25,635 bases of DNA, taken from positions 1 through 25,635 of the forward strand of contig DATKTN010000224.1 of NCBI GenBank assembly GCA_035531135.1, given 5' to 3'. The DNA is from Anaerolineae bacterium. GTDB lineage: Bacteria > Chloroflexota > Anaerolineae > B4-G1. The notes under the pieces were generated by a model. The model was not told the origin of the DNA. It made no database searches and saw only the letters and a program-made list of their open reading frames with translations. Each line of letters opens with the position of its first letter. The first letter of the stretch is position 1. This document shows positions 1 through 7,616 of this stretch, in pieces. A program made the position numbers and the translations under genes.

Positions 1-53
1 AAGTAATGTTAACTTAGGTCCGGTTCCGTACTCCGCTGCTGCTGGGAACTGTT

Positions 54-1298
54 GTGATGAGGCGTCTGATGCGAAAGGCTACCCGAAAACAGACACGGGT
101 ACACAACACCCGTCTGGTGCTCAAAACCATCTATGACTGTGAGCATATCAGTCGGGCGGAGGTTGCGAGAGTGACTCAACTCACGCGTCCTACGGTCTCG
201 GATGTCGTGGCCGATCTGATAGAAGCCGGACTGGTGGAGGAAGTAGGTTACAGTCCATCAACAGGCGGCAAACCTCCCATCCTCTTGAGTGTGGCAAACG
301 ATGCCCGCCACCTGATCGGTATTGACCTGGCCAGCCGCGAGTTCAGGGGGGCAGTCGTCAATCTGCGGGGTGAGATCAGGCATCGGATCAGCCTTCCTTT
401 GCACAACCAGGATGGAGACACAGCGCTGGCACTCGTCTACAACTTGATCGACAATCTGGTGGCCGCGACGGACAGCCCGTTGCTGGGCATTGGCATCGGT
501 ACACCAGGATTGATGGACCCCATTCATGGCGTCGTGCGGCGAGCGGTCAATCTGGACTGGCGCAATCTCCCCTTACGCAGCCCGCTGCAGGAGCGCTACA
601 ATATGCCAGTTTACGTGGCAAACGACTCTCAAGTGGCTGCCCTGGCGGAGTACACCTTTGGGGAAGTCAAGGATGCTGGAAACCTCGTGGTGGTCAAAAT
701 TGAAAACGGTATCGGCGCCGGAATTGTGCTCGGCGGCCGGCTTTTCTACGGCGACACATTTGGCGCTGGTGAGATCGGCCACATCGCCGTTGTCGAAAAC
801 GGCCAGCGGTGTCGATGCGGGAACGTGGGATGTCTGGAGACCGTATCGAGTAGGAGGGCGATTGTCCAGCGGGCTCAAACGATTGCCCGGAGCAACCCGA
901 ATTCGTACCTGCATCAGCTTGCCGCAACCCCTGAAGAAATCACGATTGACGCAGTTTGCCAGGCGTTCAAAGCCGGTGACGAGGCAGTGCAACAGATGGT
1001 GAGGGAAGCAGGACGGTATTTGGGCACGGCGATAGCCAGTCTCGTCAGCGTGCTCAGCGTCCGGCACGTCCTGATCACGGGAAGCGTGACGTGTCTGGGG
1101 CAAAGTTGGATTGACGTAATCAAAGAGGAAATGTCCGGGCGATGTCTGCAGATATTGGCCAGCGAGACCGAGATCGGGATGTCAAGCATAGGCGATGACG
1201 TCGTGATTCTGGGGGCATCTGCCCTGGTTCTGACGTACGAACTGGGACTGTTTGCCCCATTGGCAGGTGAGGCTCTGTACAGCAGCGAGATTGTCTAA
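54..1298 (+). CDS. ROK-family transcriptional regulator (NagC/XylR-like)
   Basis: 414-aa ORF. The N terminus reads like a winged-helix DNA-binding region (RLVLKTIYDCEHISRAEVARVTQLTRPTVSDVVADL). A ROK sugar-kinase-like body follows, with the zinc motif GHIAVVENGQRCRCGNVGCLE. GTG at 54 is immediately followed by ATG at 57, so either could be the start. It is the first gene of a tightly packed plus-strand cluster. Confidence 0.8.
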   Translation: MMRRLMRKATRKQTRVHNTRLVLKTIYDCEHISRAEVARVTQLTRPTVSDVVADLIEAGLVEEVGYSPSTGGKPPILLSVANDARHLIGIDLASREFRGAVVNLRGEIRHRISLPLHNQDGDTALALVYNLIDNLVAATDSPLLGIGIGTPGLMDPIHGVVRRAVNLDWRNLPLRSPLQERYNMPVYVANDSQVAALAEYTFGEVKDAGNLVVVKIENGIGAGIVLGGRLFYGDTFGAGEIGHIAVVENGQRCRCGNVGCLETVSSRRAIVQRAQTIARSNPNSYLHQLAATPEEITIDAVCQAFKAGDEAVQQMVREAGRYLGTAIASLVSVLSVRHVLITGSVTCLGQSWIDVIKEEMSGRCLQILASETEIGMSSIGDDVVILGASALVLTYELGLFAPLAGEALYSSEIV

Positions 1299-1317
1299 GA
1301 GCTGCATCGTGGAAGGG

Positions 1318-2721
1318 ATGGGTATGCACGAAGCTTTCAGACTGGTGGAACCGAGATTCACCCCCCCGCTCGACGCAGACTTTCGACCGGCGGTTCTGGC
1401 GAACCGGGCATTTCGACAGGAAGTCGAGAGTTCTGGGGTTGGCGTGCCGCTCGTGCTTGGCCTGGAACGGCCTGGGGGATCTCGATCCCGTTTTGAGACC
1501 AGGGTTTTCCCCGCAGGACACCCCCGATCTGAAGCGAACCTGATGTATGCCGAGCGCCTGTTCAAGTTCCTCCTTTGGCAACAAGGGGGCTGGAAAGCAA
1601 CCGTGGGTGGCCCCAGGAGTATCGGGAATTATCTCAGCAGTTGCTATGCGCCCGGCGGAGCCCGCGAGTTCGATTTTCACTTTCTGGGTAAAGACGTTTA
1701 CGAAAAGACGTTTACAGTGGTTTCCTGCGCCCCGTCAAAAGTTCCCACAGAGAGAATGGGTGGGACACCACTGGGCCGACACCTGGATGGATGCCGCATT
1801 GGCTTTGACCTGGGGGCCTCGGATCGCAAGGTGTCAGCAGTGGTGGATGGAGAAGCGGTCTACAGCGAGGAGGTGGTGTGGGAACCTGGTCTTCAGAGCG
1901 ATCCGGCGTATCACTACAGAGAGATCATGGCCGCGCTGAAGACGGCAGCTTCAAAGATGCCCCGAGTGGACGCGATCGGTGGCAGTGCAGCCGGCGTATA
2001 CATCGACAACGAGGTCAGGGTCGCTTCACTGTTCCGTGGTGTTCCAAAGGAGTGTTACGGCGAGGTCAGGAACCTTTTCTTGCGCATCCGTGATGAGATG
2101 GGCGTACCTCTAGAGATCGTGAACGACGGAGACGTGACGGCATTGGCCGGCTCGATGTCGCTGGGGGATAACGGGGTTCTGGGCATCGCGATGGGATCGA
2201 GCGAGGCAAGTGGCTATGTAAACGTGGAGGGCAACATCACCGGCTGGCTGAACGAGTTGGCCTTTGCGCCGGTGGACTATAACCCCCAGGCACCTGTAGA
2301 GGGATGGTCTGGGGACAGGGGATGCGGCGCTCTCTACTTTTCCCAGCAGTGCGTGTTCCGTCTTGCGCCCAAGGTGGGGATACAAGTGCCGTCCGACGTG
2401 CCAGATGCCGAAAAACTCGAGTTCGTCCAGGAAAAACTGGAAGCAGGTCACGAGGGTGCATTCAAGATCTGGGAGAGCATGGGCTATTATCTGGGGTACG
2501 CGATCGCCCACTATGCGGATTTCTATGACGTGAGACACGTCCTGGTCTTGGGACGGTGTACTTCTGGAACAGGCGGCCCGCTTATTGTGGATAGAGCCAG
2601 GCAAGTGCTCAAGTCCGAGTTCCCGGAGCTGGTCGCGCGGATCAACATCCAACTGCCCGACGAGAAAAGCCGGCGTGTGGGTCAATCTATCGCGGCGGCC
2701 AGTCTCCCAGTGCTCAATTGA
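1318..2721 (+). CDS. ROK-family protein, putative sugar kinase, with an N-terminal extension of about 150 aa
   Basis: The ORF track opens this frame at 1252, inside the regulator gene. The first plausible start is the ATG at 1318/1324 (MGMHEAF), 20 nt after the regulator stop. A ROK-like ATP-binding start is present (GCRIGFDLGASDRKVSAVVDGE). The C-terminal half has a ROK-like glycine-rich core (GIAMGSSEASGYVNVEGNITGWLNELAFAPVD). The exact start is uncertain. Confidence 0.65.
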   Translation: MGMHEAFRLVEPRFTPPLDADFRPAVLANRAFRQEVESSGVGVPLVLGLERPGGSRSRFETRVFPAGHPRSEANLMYAERLFKFLLWQQGGWKATVGGPRSIGNYLSSCYAPGGAREFDFHFLGKDVYEKTFTVVSCAPSKVPTERMGGTPLGRHLDGCRIGFDLGASDRKVSAVVDGEAVYSEEVVWEPGLQSDPAYHYREIMAALKTAASKMPRVDAIGGSAAGVYIDNEVRVASLFRGVPKECYGEVRNLFLRIRDEMGVPLEIVNDGDVTALAGSMSLGDNGVLGIAMGSSEASGYVNVEGNITGWLNELAFAPVDYNPQAPVEGWSGDRGCGALYFSQQCVFRLAPKVGIQVPSDVPDAEKLEFVQEKLEAGHEGAFKIWESMGYYLGYAIAHYADFYDVRHVLVLGRCTSGTGGPLIVDRARQVLKSEFPELVARINIQLPDEKSRRVGQSIAAASLPVLN

Positions 2722-2734
2722 GAGGATAGGGCAG

Positions 2735-3583
2735 GTGAAGTTCAACCTTGACACGGCAGAGATCTTTGTACCTGATGGACTTGCCGTCGAGGGTGCCCTG
2801 GCTCGGACGACGCACATGGCGATCGGCGCGCATCAGGATGACCTGGAGATTATGGCCTGTGATGGCATTCTGAAATGCTTCCAGCGGGATGACAAGTGGT
2901 TTTGCGGTGTTGTCGTCACCGACGGCAGTGGATCACCCCGCGATGGCCTTTACGGCGACTATTCTGATGCAGACATGCAGGTCGTCCGGCGCACAGAGCA
3001 AAAGAAAGCCGCTGTGGTTGGCGAATATGCAGCACTGGCGTTGCTCGATTATCCCAGTTCGGTCGTCAAGGACGGCGCTGACAAAAGTCCTGTTAAAGAC
3101 CTGGAACTGCTGCTGAGGGCAGCCAGGCCCAGGATTGTGTATACGCACAACCTGGCTGACAAACACGACACACACGTAGCCGTGGCACTGAGAGCGATCG
3201 AGGCCATCCGCAATCTGCCGCTCGCTGAACGGCCGGAGCAACTGTATGGGTGTGAGGTATGGCGTGATCTGGACTGGATGATAGACGTGGACAAGGTCAC
3301 CTTTGACGTCTCTGCGCACGAGAATCTGCAGGCAGCGTTGCTGGGGGTGTTCGATTCGCAGATTTGTGGCGGGAAACGGTACGATTTGGCAGCGGCGGGC
3401 CGGCGGCGGGCCAACGCGACGTATTACGCGTCACACGATACAGATATCGCCACCGGTATGACGTTCGCTATGGACCTCACGCCGTTAATTCGAGATCCAG
3501 GCAAGAACATCCAGACCTACGTCGAGCAATTTTTGGATCGGTTCGCGCAGGAGGTGAGGGAACGACTTATCCAACTACAGTAG
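2735..3583 (+). CDS. PIG-L/LmbE-family (CE14-like) N-acetylglucosaminyl deacetylase
   Basis: The AIGAHQDDLEIMACDG motif matches the AHPDDE metal-binding signature of the LmbE/PIG-L family, and later His/Asp motifs are present. A GTG at 2735 lies 13 nt after the preceding stop and is preceded by GAGAGGATAGGG. An ATG at 2816 is the alternative start. Confidence 0.65.
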   Translation: MKFNLDTAEIFVPDGLAVEGALARTTHMAIGAHQDDLEIMACDGILKCFQRDDKWFCGVVVTDGSGSPRDGLYGDYSDADMQVVRRTEQKKAAVVGEYAALALLDYPSSVVKDGADKSPVKDLELLLRAARPRIVYTHNLADKHDTHVAVALRAIEAIRNLPLAERPEQLYGCEVWRDLDWMIDVDKVTFDVSAHENLQAALLGVFDSQICGGKRYDLAAAGRRRANATYYASHDTDIATGMTFAMDLTPLIRDPGKNIQTYVEQFLDRFAQEVRERLIQLQ

Positions 3584-3702
3584 ACGTGTTTTTCAGACGT
3601 GTTTTTCAGACGTGTTCTTCCAGTCCAATGCGGACAACGACAAACGTGTCCCAGAGCTGTATGGATTCTCTCGGAAGCGGCGAGGACAACGCACATAGCA
3701 GG

Positions 3703-3743
3703 GGCAGGGACCGTGAGTGGTTGGCAGCCCCCAGGTCCCTGCC
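3703..3743 (+). terminator. Stem-loop (10-bp perfect stem GGCAGGGACC/GGTCCCTGCC, 21-nt loop) between the deacetylase gene and the ABC operon
   Basis: An inverted repeat read directly in the 370-nt intergenic region. It has no strong T-tract, so it is a putative terminator or processing structure. Confidence 0.35.
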
Positions 3744-3954
3744 GCAGGCCCTTGATACCACCTTGACCGTGCACATCGTCAATGGCAGTCAAGTTGTTCG
3801 TGCCTGCTACCGCATTCTAGCATAAAACAGCGAGCCCAGCAATTCTCTTACCTTCCGAGAGAACGGTATCACAGAAAGGAGATGTCAAGGCCAGAACGAT
3901 TCCAACTTTCTCAAACTATCGATTTTACACTTGAAAAAACAGGAGGTAGAGAAA

Positions 3955-5388
3955 ATGCGTGGCAAACTGTTGGTTCCTGTGGCGTTGGTGAGTGTGCTTG
4001 CGCTTACGCTTTCAGCCTGCGCCACACCGACACCTGGAACTGTCCAGGTAGAGGTGACCAGAGAAGTAAAGGTCGAGGTCCCCGTCGAGGTCACTGTCGA
4101 AAAAGTCGTCACTGAAGAGATAGAAGTTACCCCGATTCCAGAAGGCCCGTACGAGCATCTCGCGCGCGCCAAGGCGGGTGAGTTTGCCGGCACCGAGGTC
4201 AACATCTTTGGTGTGTATACCAGCGAGGATGAGGCCCGGTTCCGAGCTGCGCTGGTTCCGTTCGAGCAAGCCACGGGCATTGACGTGAACTTTGAGGGAT
4301 CTGGTGACTTTGAGCAGTTGATCCGAGTTCAGGTTGAGGCCGGCGATCCGCCCGACATCGCCCAGTTCTCGCAGCCAGGGCTGATCGCCGAGCTGGCCGA
4401 CAAGATGGTTCCCCTGGACAGCTTTATGAATGTGGATCAACTGAAGGAGGACTATATTCAGTCCTGGTTGGATCTGGCGACCTTTGATGATCACCTGTAC
4501 GGGTTGTTCTACCGGGCGAGCACCAAGAGCATCGTCTGGTATTCCAAGCCTGAGTTTGACGCCGCCGGCTACGAGGTCCCCGAGACCTGGGATGAATTGC
4601 TGGCTCTGATGGACGAGATGGTTGCCAATGGTCACACGCCCTGGTGCATCCCCGCAGAGCACGGTGGGAGCACCGGTTGGGTCATCACCGACTGGGTGGA
4701 GGATGTCCTGCTCCGTACTGCCGGACCCGAGGTCTACGATCAGTGGACCAACCACGAGATTCCCTTCAACGATCCGGCGATCAAGGAAGCGATGGACGAA
4801 TACGTGGGCAAGATCATGTTCAACGAGGACTATGCCTACGGCGGCCCCGAGGGCATCCTGACCATCTGGGTTGGGCAGACGGCGGAGCTGTTCCCCAGCG
4901 AGGAAGAGGGTCGCGCCGAGCCGGTGTGCTGGATGATGAAGCAGGCGGGCTGGATTCCTGCCTTCTTCCCCGAGGGAACAACGGTTGGCCCGGATGGTGC
5001 CTGGTTCTTTTACTTCCCGCCCATCAAGGAAGAGCTCGGCAAGCCGGTGTTGGGTGGTGGCGATCCCATCGGTATGTTCAACGACCGACCCGAGGTCCGC
5101 GCGGTGATCGAGTACCTGGCCACGCCGGCCGGGTGCGAGGTCTGGGTCAAGACCGGTGGCTTCATCTCGCCCAACCGCTCTGTGCCAACGGACTGGTACT
5201 TTGACGAAGCCGACCGCCTGCAGGGCGAGATCATGCAGAGCGCCGACGTGTTCCGCTTCGACGCCTCCGACCTGATGCCCGGCACGGTGGGCGTGGGCAC
5301 CTTCTGGAGCGGTATGATCGAGTGGGTCGGTGGTGAAAAAGACACCGACACCGTTCTCCAGGAGATCGAGGATAGCTGGCCCGAGTAG
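3955..5388 (+). CDS. ABC transporter substrate-binding lipoprotein (CUT1/family-1 sugar-binding type)
   Basis: AGGAGG sits at 3941-3946, 8 nt before the ATG at 3955. The signal peptide carries a lipobox (LTLSAC). A Glu/Val-rich linker follows (EVTREVKVEVPVEVTVEKVVTEE). The body resembles a family-1 solute-binding protein. The upstream TTG at 3931 was rejected as the start. Confidence 0.85.
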   Translation: MRGKLLVPVALVSVLALTLSACATPTPGTVQVEVTREVKVEVPVEVTVEKVVTEEIEVTPIPEGPYEHLARAKAGEFAGTEVNIFGVYTSEDEARFRAALVPFEQATGIDVNFEGSGDFEQLIRVQVEAGDPPDIAQFSQPGLIAELADKMVPLDSFMNVDQLKEDYIQSWLDLATFDDHLYGLFYRASTKSIVWYSKPEFDAAGYEVPETWDELLALMDEMVANGHTPWCIPAEHGGSTGWVITDWVEDVLLRTAGPEVYDQWTNHEIPFNDPAIKEAMDEYVGKIMFNEDYAYGGPEGILTIWVGQTAELFPSEEEGRAEPVCWMMKQAGWIPAFFPEGTTVGPDGAWFFYFPPIKEELGKPVLGGGDPIGMFNDRPEVRAVIEYLATPAGCEVWVKTGGFISPNRSVPTDWYFDEADRLQGEIMQSADVFRFDASDLMPGTVGVGTFWSGMIEWVGGEKDTDTVLQEIEDSWPE

Positions 5389-5406
5389 TTCTGGAAGTGC
5401 GAGTAG

Positions 5407-5438
5407 TGGAGCAGGGCGGGAAGAACTGCCCTGCTCCA
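5407..5438 (+). other. Intercistronic stem-loop (11-bp stem GGAGCAGGGC/GCCCTGCTCC) between the substrate-binding protein and permease genes
   Basis: A perfect inverted repeat with a 10-nt loop. Hairpins of this kind between substrate-binding and permease genes commonly set differential mRNA stability. Confidence 0.4.
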
Positions 5439-5470
5439 ATTCTCACTGGTTGTAGTCAAGGAGAAGTGCT

Positions 5471-6562
5471 GTGGCCGAATGGGATACCCGCGAGTCTACT
5501 ATGAGCGTGGCGTTGCGCTTTGGCATGTTGCTGCTCGTCACCGCACTGACGGTCCTGGTACTTGAGTGGAGCTTTGGTTTCATGCGAAGTGAGGATGCCC
5601 CCAGGCTCCTGGTGGCAGTGGTTGCGTTGGCCGTTGGGGTGTGCGGGATCTGGATTCTCTACTGGATCCTCAACGATTGGGTATCCTATATACCGTTCCG
5701 GCGGCTCCGAGAGAAGATTCTGCCCTTTGTCTTTCTTGGACCCGCGTTGACGTTGTTGTTCGTTTATCTGGTTTATCCCGCTGTTAACACAATCTATATC
5801 AGTTTCTTGGACAAAAAGTCAGATAATTTTGTGGGGTTGGAAAACTATCAGTTCATCTTTACTGAGCCAGATATTCTGGTGGCCTTCAGAAACAATGCGG
5901 TGTGGCTCGTTCTGGTGACAAGTGTCTGTGTAGGGCTGGGCTTGGTGGTTGCCGTTCTGGTCGACCGCATCAAGTTGGAGAGCCTGGCCAAGTCACTGGT
6001 CTTTGTGCCGGTCGCGATCTCTACGGTTGGTGCCAGCGTGATTTGGAGGTTTATGTACGCATTCCAGCCGGCGGGGCGCCCACAGTTTGGACTGCTCAAT
6101 GCGGCTGTCGTGGCGCTGGGTGGTGAGCCGACCGGTTGGTTTCTCAGGCCTCCGTTCAATAACTTGGCCCTTATCGTGATTATGGTCTGGTTGCAGACGG
6201 GGTTTTGCATGGTTGTGCTGTCTGCAGCGATCAAGAATGTGCCCGGCGAGTTGCTCGAGGCGGCGCGGATTGATGGCGCCAATGAACTGCACGTGTTTTT
6301 CCAGGTCACGGTTCCCTACATTCGAGGGACGATCATCACGGTAACGACTACGGTGATCATGGCGGTGCTTAAGGTATTCGACATTGTATACGTGATGACG
6401 CGGGGGAATTACGCCACCGAGGTCATCGCCAACCGGATGTTTCTCGAAATGTACCGGTTTGGGCATTTTGGACGTGGCAGCGCCCTGGCGGTGATCATAT
6501 TCCTGGCAGTTGCGCCGGCTATCGTCATCAATCTTCGGAACTTGCGCCAAAGGAGCTTGTAG
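5471..6562 (+). CDS. ABC transporter permease (MalF/CUT1-type sugar permease)
   Basis: Multiple transmembrane helices and the EAA loop motif EAARIDGANELHVFFQVTVP. AAGGAG lies 9 nt upstream of the GTG at 5471, and an in-frame ATG at 5501 is the alternative start. Confidence 0.8.
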   Translation: MAEWDTRESTMSVALRFGMLLLVTALTVLVLEWSFGFMRSEDAPRLLVAVVALAVGVCGIWILYWILNDWVSYIPFRRLREKILPFVFLGPALTLLFVYLVYPAVNTIYISFLDKKSDNFVGLENYQFIFTEPDILVAFRNNAVWLVLVTSVCVGLGLVVAVLVDRIKLESLAKSLVFVPVAISTVGASVIWRFMYAFQPAGRPQFGLLNAAVVALGGEPTGWFLRPPFNNLALIVIMVWLQTGFCMVVLSAAIKNVPGELLEAARIDGANELHVFFQVTVPYIRGTIITVTTTVIMAVLKVFDIVYVMTRGNYATEVIANRMFLEMYRFGHFGRGSALAVIIFLAVAPAIVINLRNLRQRSL

Positions 6563-6563
6563 T

Positions 6564-7448
6564 ATGAAAGTACATGATTCCGAGGTGGATCGGTATGCTT
6601 TGCGCAGCGCGCTTTCCGGGACCACGCTTCGGGCGACGATTGCGATCATTTGCTTTATCTGGACATTACCCACGGTTGGGCTGTTTGTCAGTTCTTTTCG
6701 TTCTGCGAGCGCGATCCGCATTTCGGGATGGTGGACGGCTTTTGAAACGCCTTTCGAGTTCACGCAGTGGACGTTGGAGAACTATGCGCAGGTCATCACT
6801 TCGGTGGGGCTGGGGAATGCGCTTGTGAACAGTCTGATCGTCACGATTCCGGCTACGGCAATTCCCATCACGATCGCGGCCTTTGCGGCATACGCATTTG
6901 CCTGGATGGACTTTCCAGGGCGCGAACTGTTCTTCACCATCGTCGTGGCGTTGACGGTAGCGCCTATACAGATGGCGCTGATCCCAGTATTACGTCTGCA
7001 CGTGGCATCGAATCTGAACGGCACTTTCCTGGGAGTATGGCTGGCACACACTGGCTTTGGGATTCCGATGGCTGTTTATCTGTTGTATAATTTCATCTCC
7101 CAGATACCGCGAGACTTGATCGAGGCTGCCTCGATAGATGGCGCTTCGCATTTTCAGACGTTTACGACTTTGGTTCTGCGGGTGTCTGTGCCGGCCCTGG
7201 CCTCATTCGCCGTTTTTCAGTTCATCTGGGTGTGGAACGATTTGATCGTCGCGTTGGTCTTTCTGGGCACCAGGTCGAGTGTCGCGACGGTGACCGCCGC
7301 GTTGAGCGAGTTGATCGGTTCGAGAGGGCAGGACTGGCACCTGCTGACTGCGGGCGGATTTGTCTCGATCATTCTGCCGATGGTGGTGTTCTTTTCGCTC
7401 CAGCGTTTTTTCGTGCGGGGTATATTGGCCGGTTCGGTCAAAGGGTAA
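6564..7448 (+). CDS. ABC transporter permease (MalG/CUT1-type)
   Basis: The ATG at 6564 overlaps the previous stop (TAG 6560-6562), with AAGGAG 9 nt upstream. The EAA motif is EAASIDGASHFQTF. The protein has six predicted transmembrane segments. The ORF-track start at 6510 was rejected. Confidence 0.8.
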   Translation: MKVHDSEVDRYALRSALSGTTLRATIAIICFIWTLPTVGLFVSSFRSASAIRISGWWTAFETPFEFTQWTLENYAQVITSVGLGNALVNSLIVTIPATAIPITIAAFAAYAFAWMDFPGRELFFTIVVALTVAPIQMALIPVLRLHVASNLNGTFLGVWLAHTGFGIPMAVYLLYNFISQIPRDLIEAASIDGASHFQTFTTLVLRVSVPALASFAVFQFIWVWNDLIVALVFLGTRSSVATVTAALSELIGSRGQDWHLLTAGGFVSIILPMVVFFSLQRFFVRGILAGSVKG

Positions 7449-7507
7449 CACGGAGTTTTGCCAGCTTTCGGGAAGGTTTGCCCCCAATGTGAAACGCACT
7501 CCTTCGC

Positions 7508-7536
7508 TTGAGCACATCAGCGTCCCGTTGTATAAT
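7508..7536 (+). promoter_or_regulatory. Sigma70-type promoter TTGAGC-17-TATAAT upstream of the 7617 gene
   Basis: The -35 TTGAGC is at 7508-7513 and the -10 TATAAT at 7531-7536, with a 17-nt spacer. GGAGG lies 8 nt before the ATG at 7617. Confidence 0.6.
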
Positions 7537-7616
7537 GGCGTATGTTCGAGATAGCCTGTACGTTTCGCACTGGCAAAGACCATCTCCTGGTGGTCGTATA
7601 GGGAAGGAGGACGAGG

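Noticed and set aside
1252-1317. Upstream extension of the ROK-kinase ORF (start 1252) overlapping the regulator gene
   Set aside because: There is no RBS and it overlaps the preceding CDS by 47 nt. The ATG at 1318/1324 just after the regulator stop is more plausible.
4012-5439. 475-aa ORF on the minus strand
   Set aside because: It is entirely antisense to the well-supported substrate-binding-protein gene. The translation is a low-complexity G/A/R/L-rich sequence typical of a spurious open frame in GC-rich DNA.
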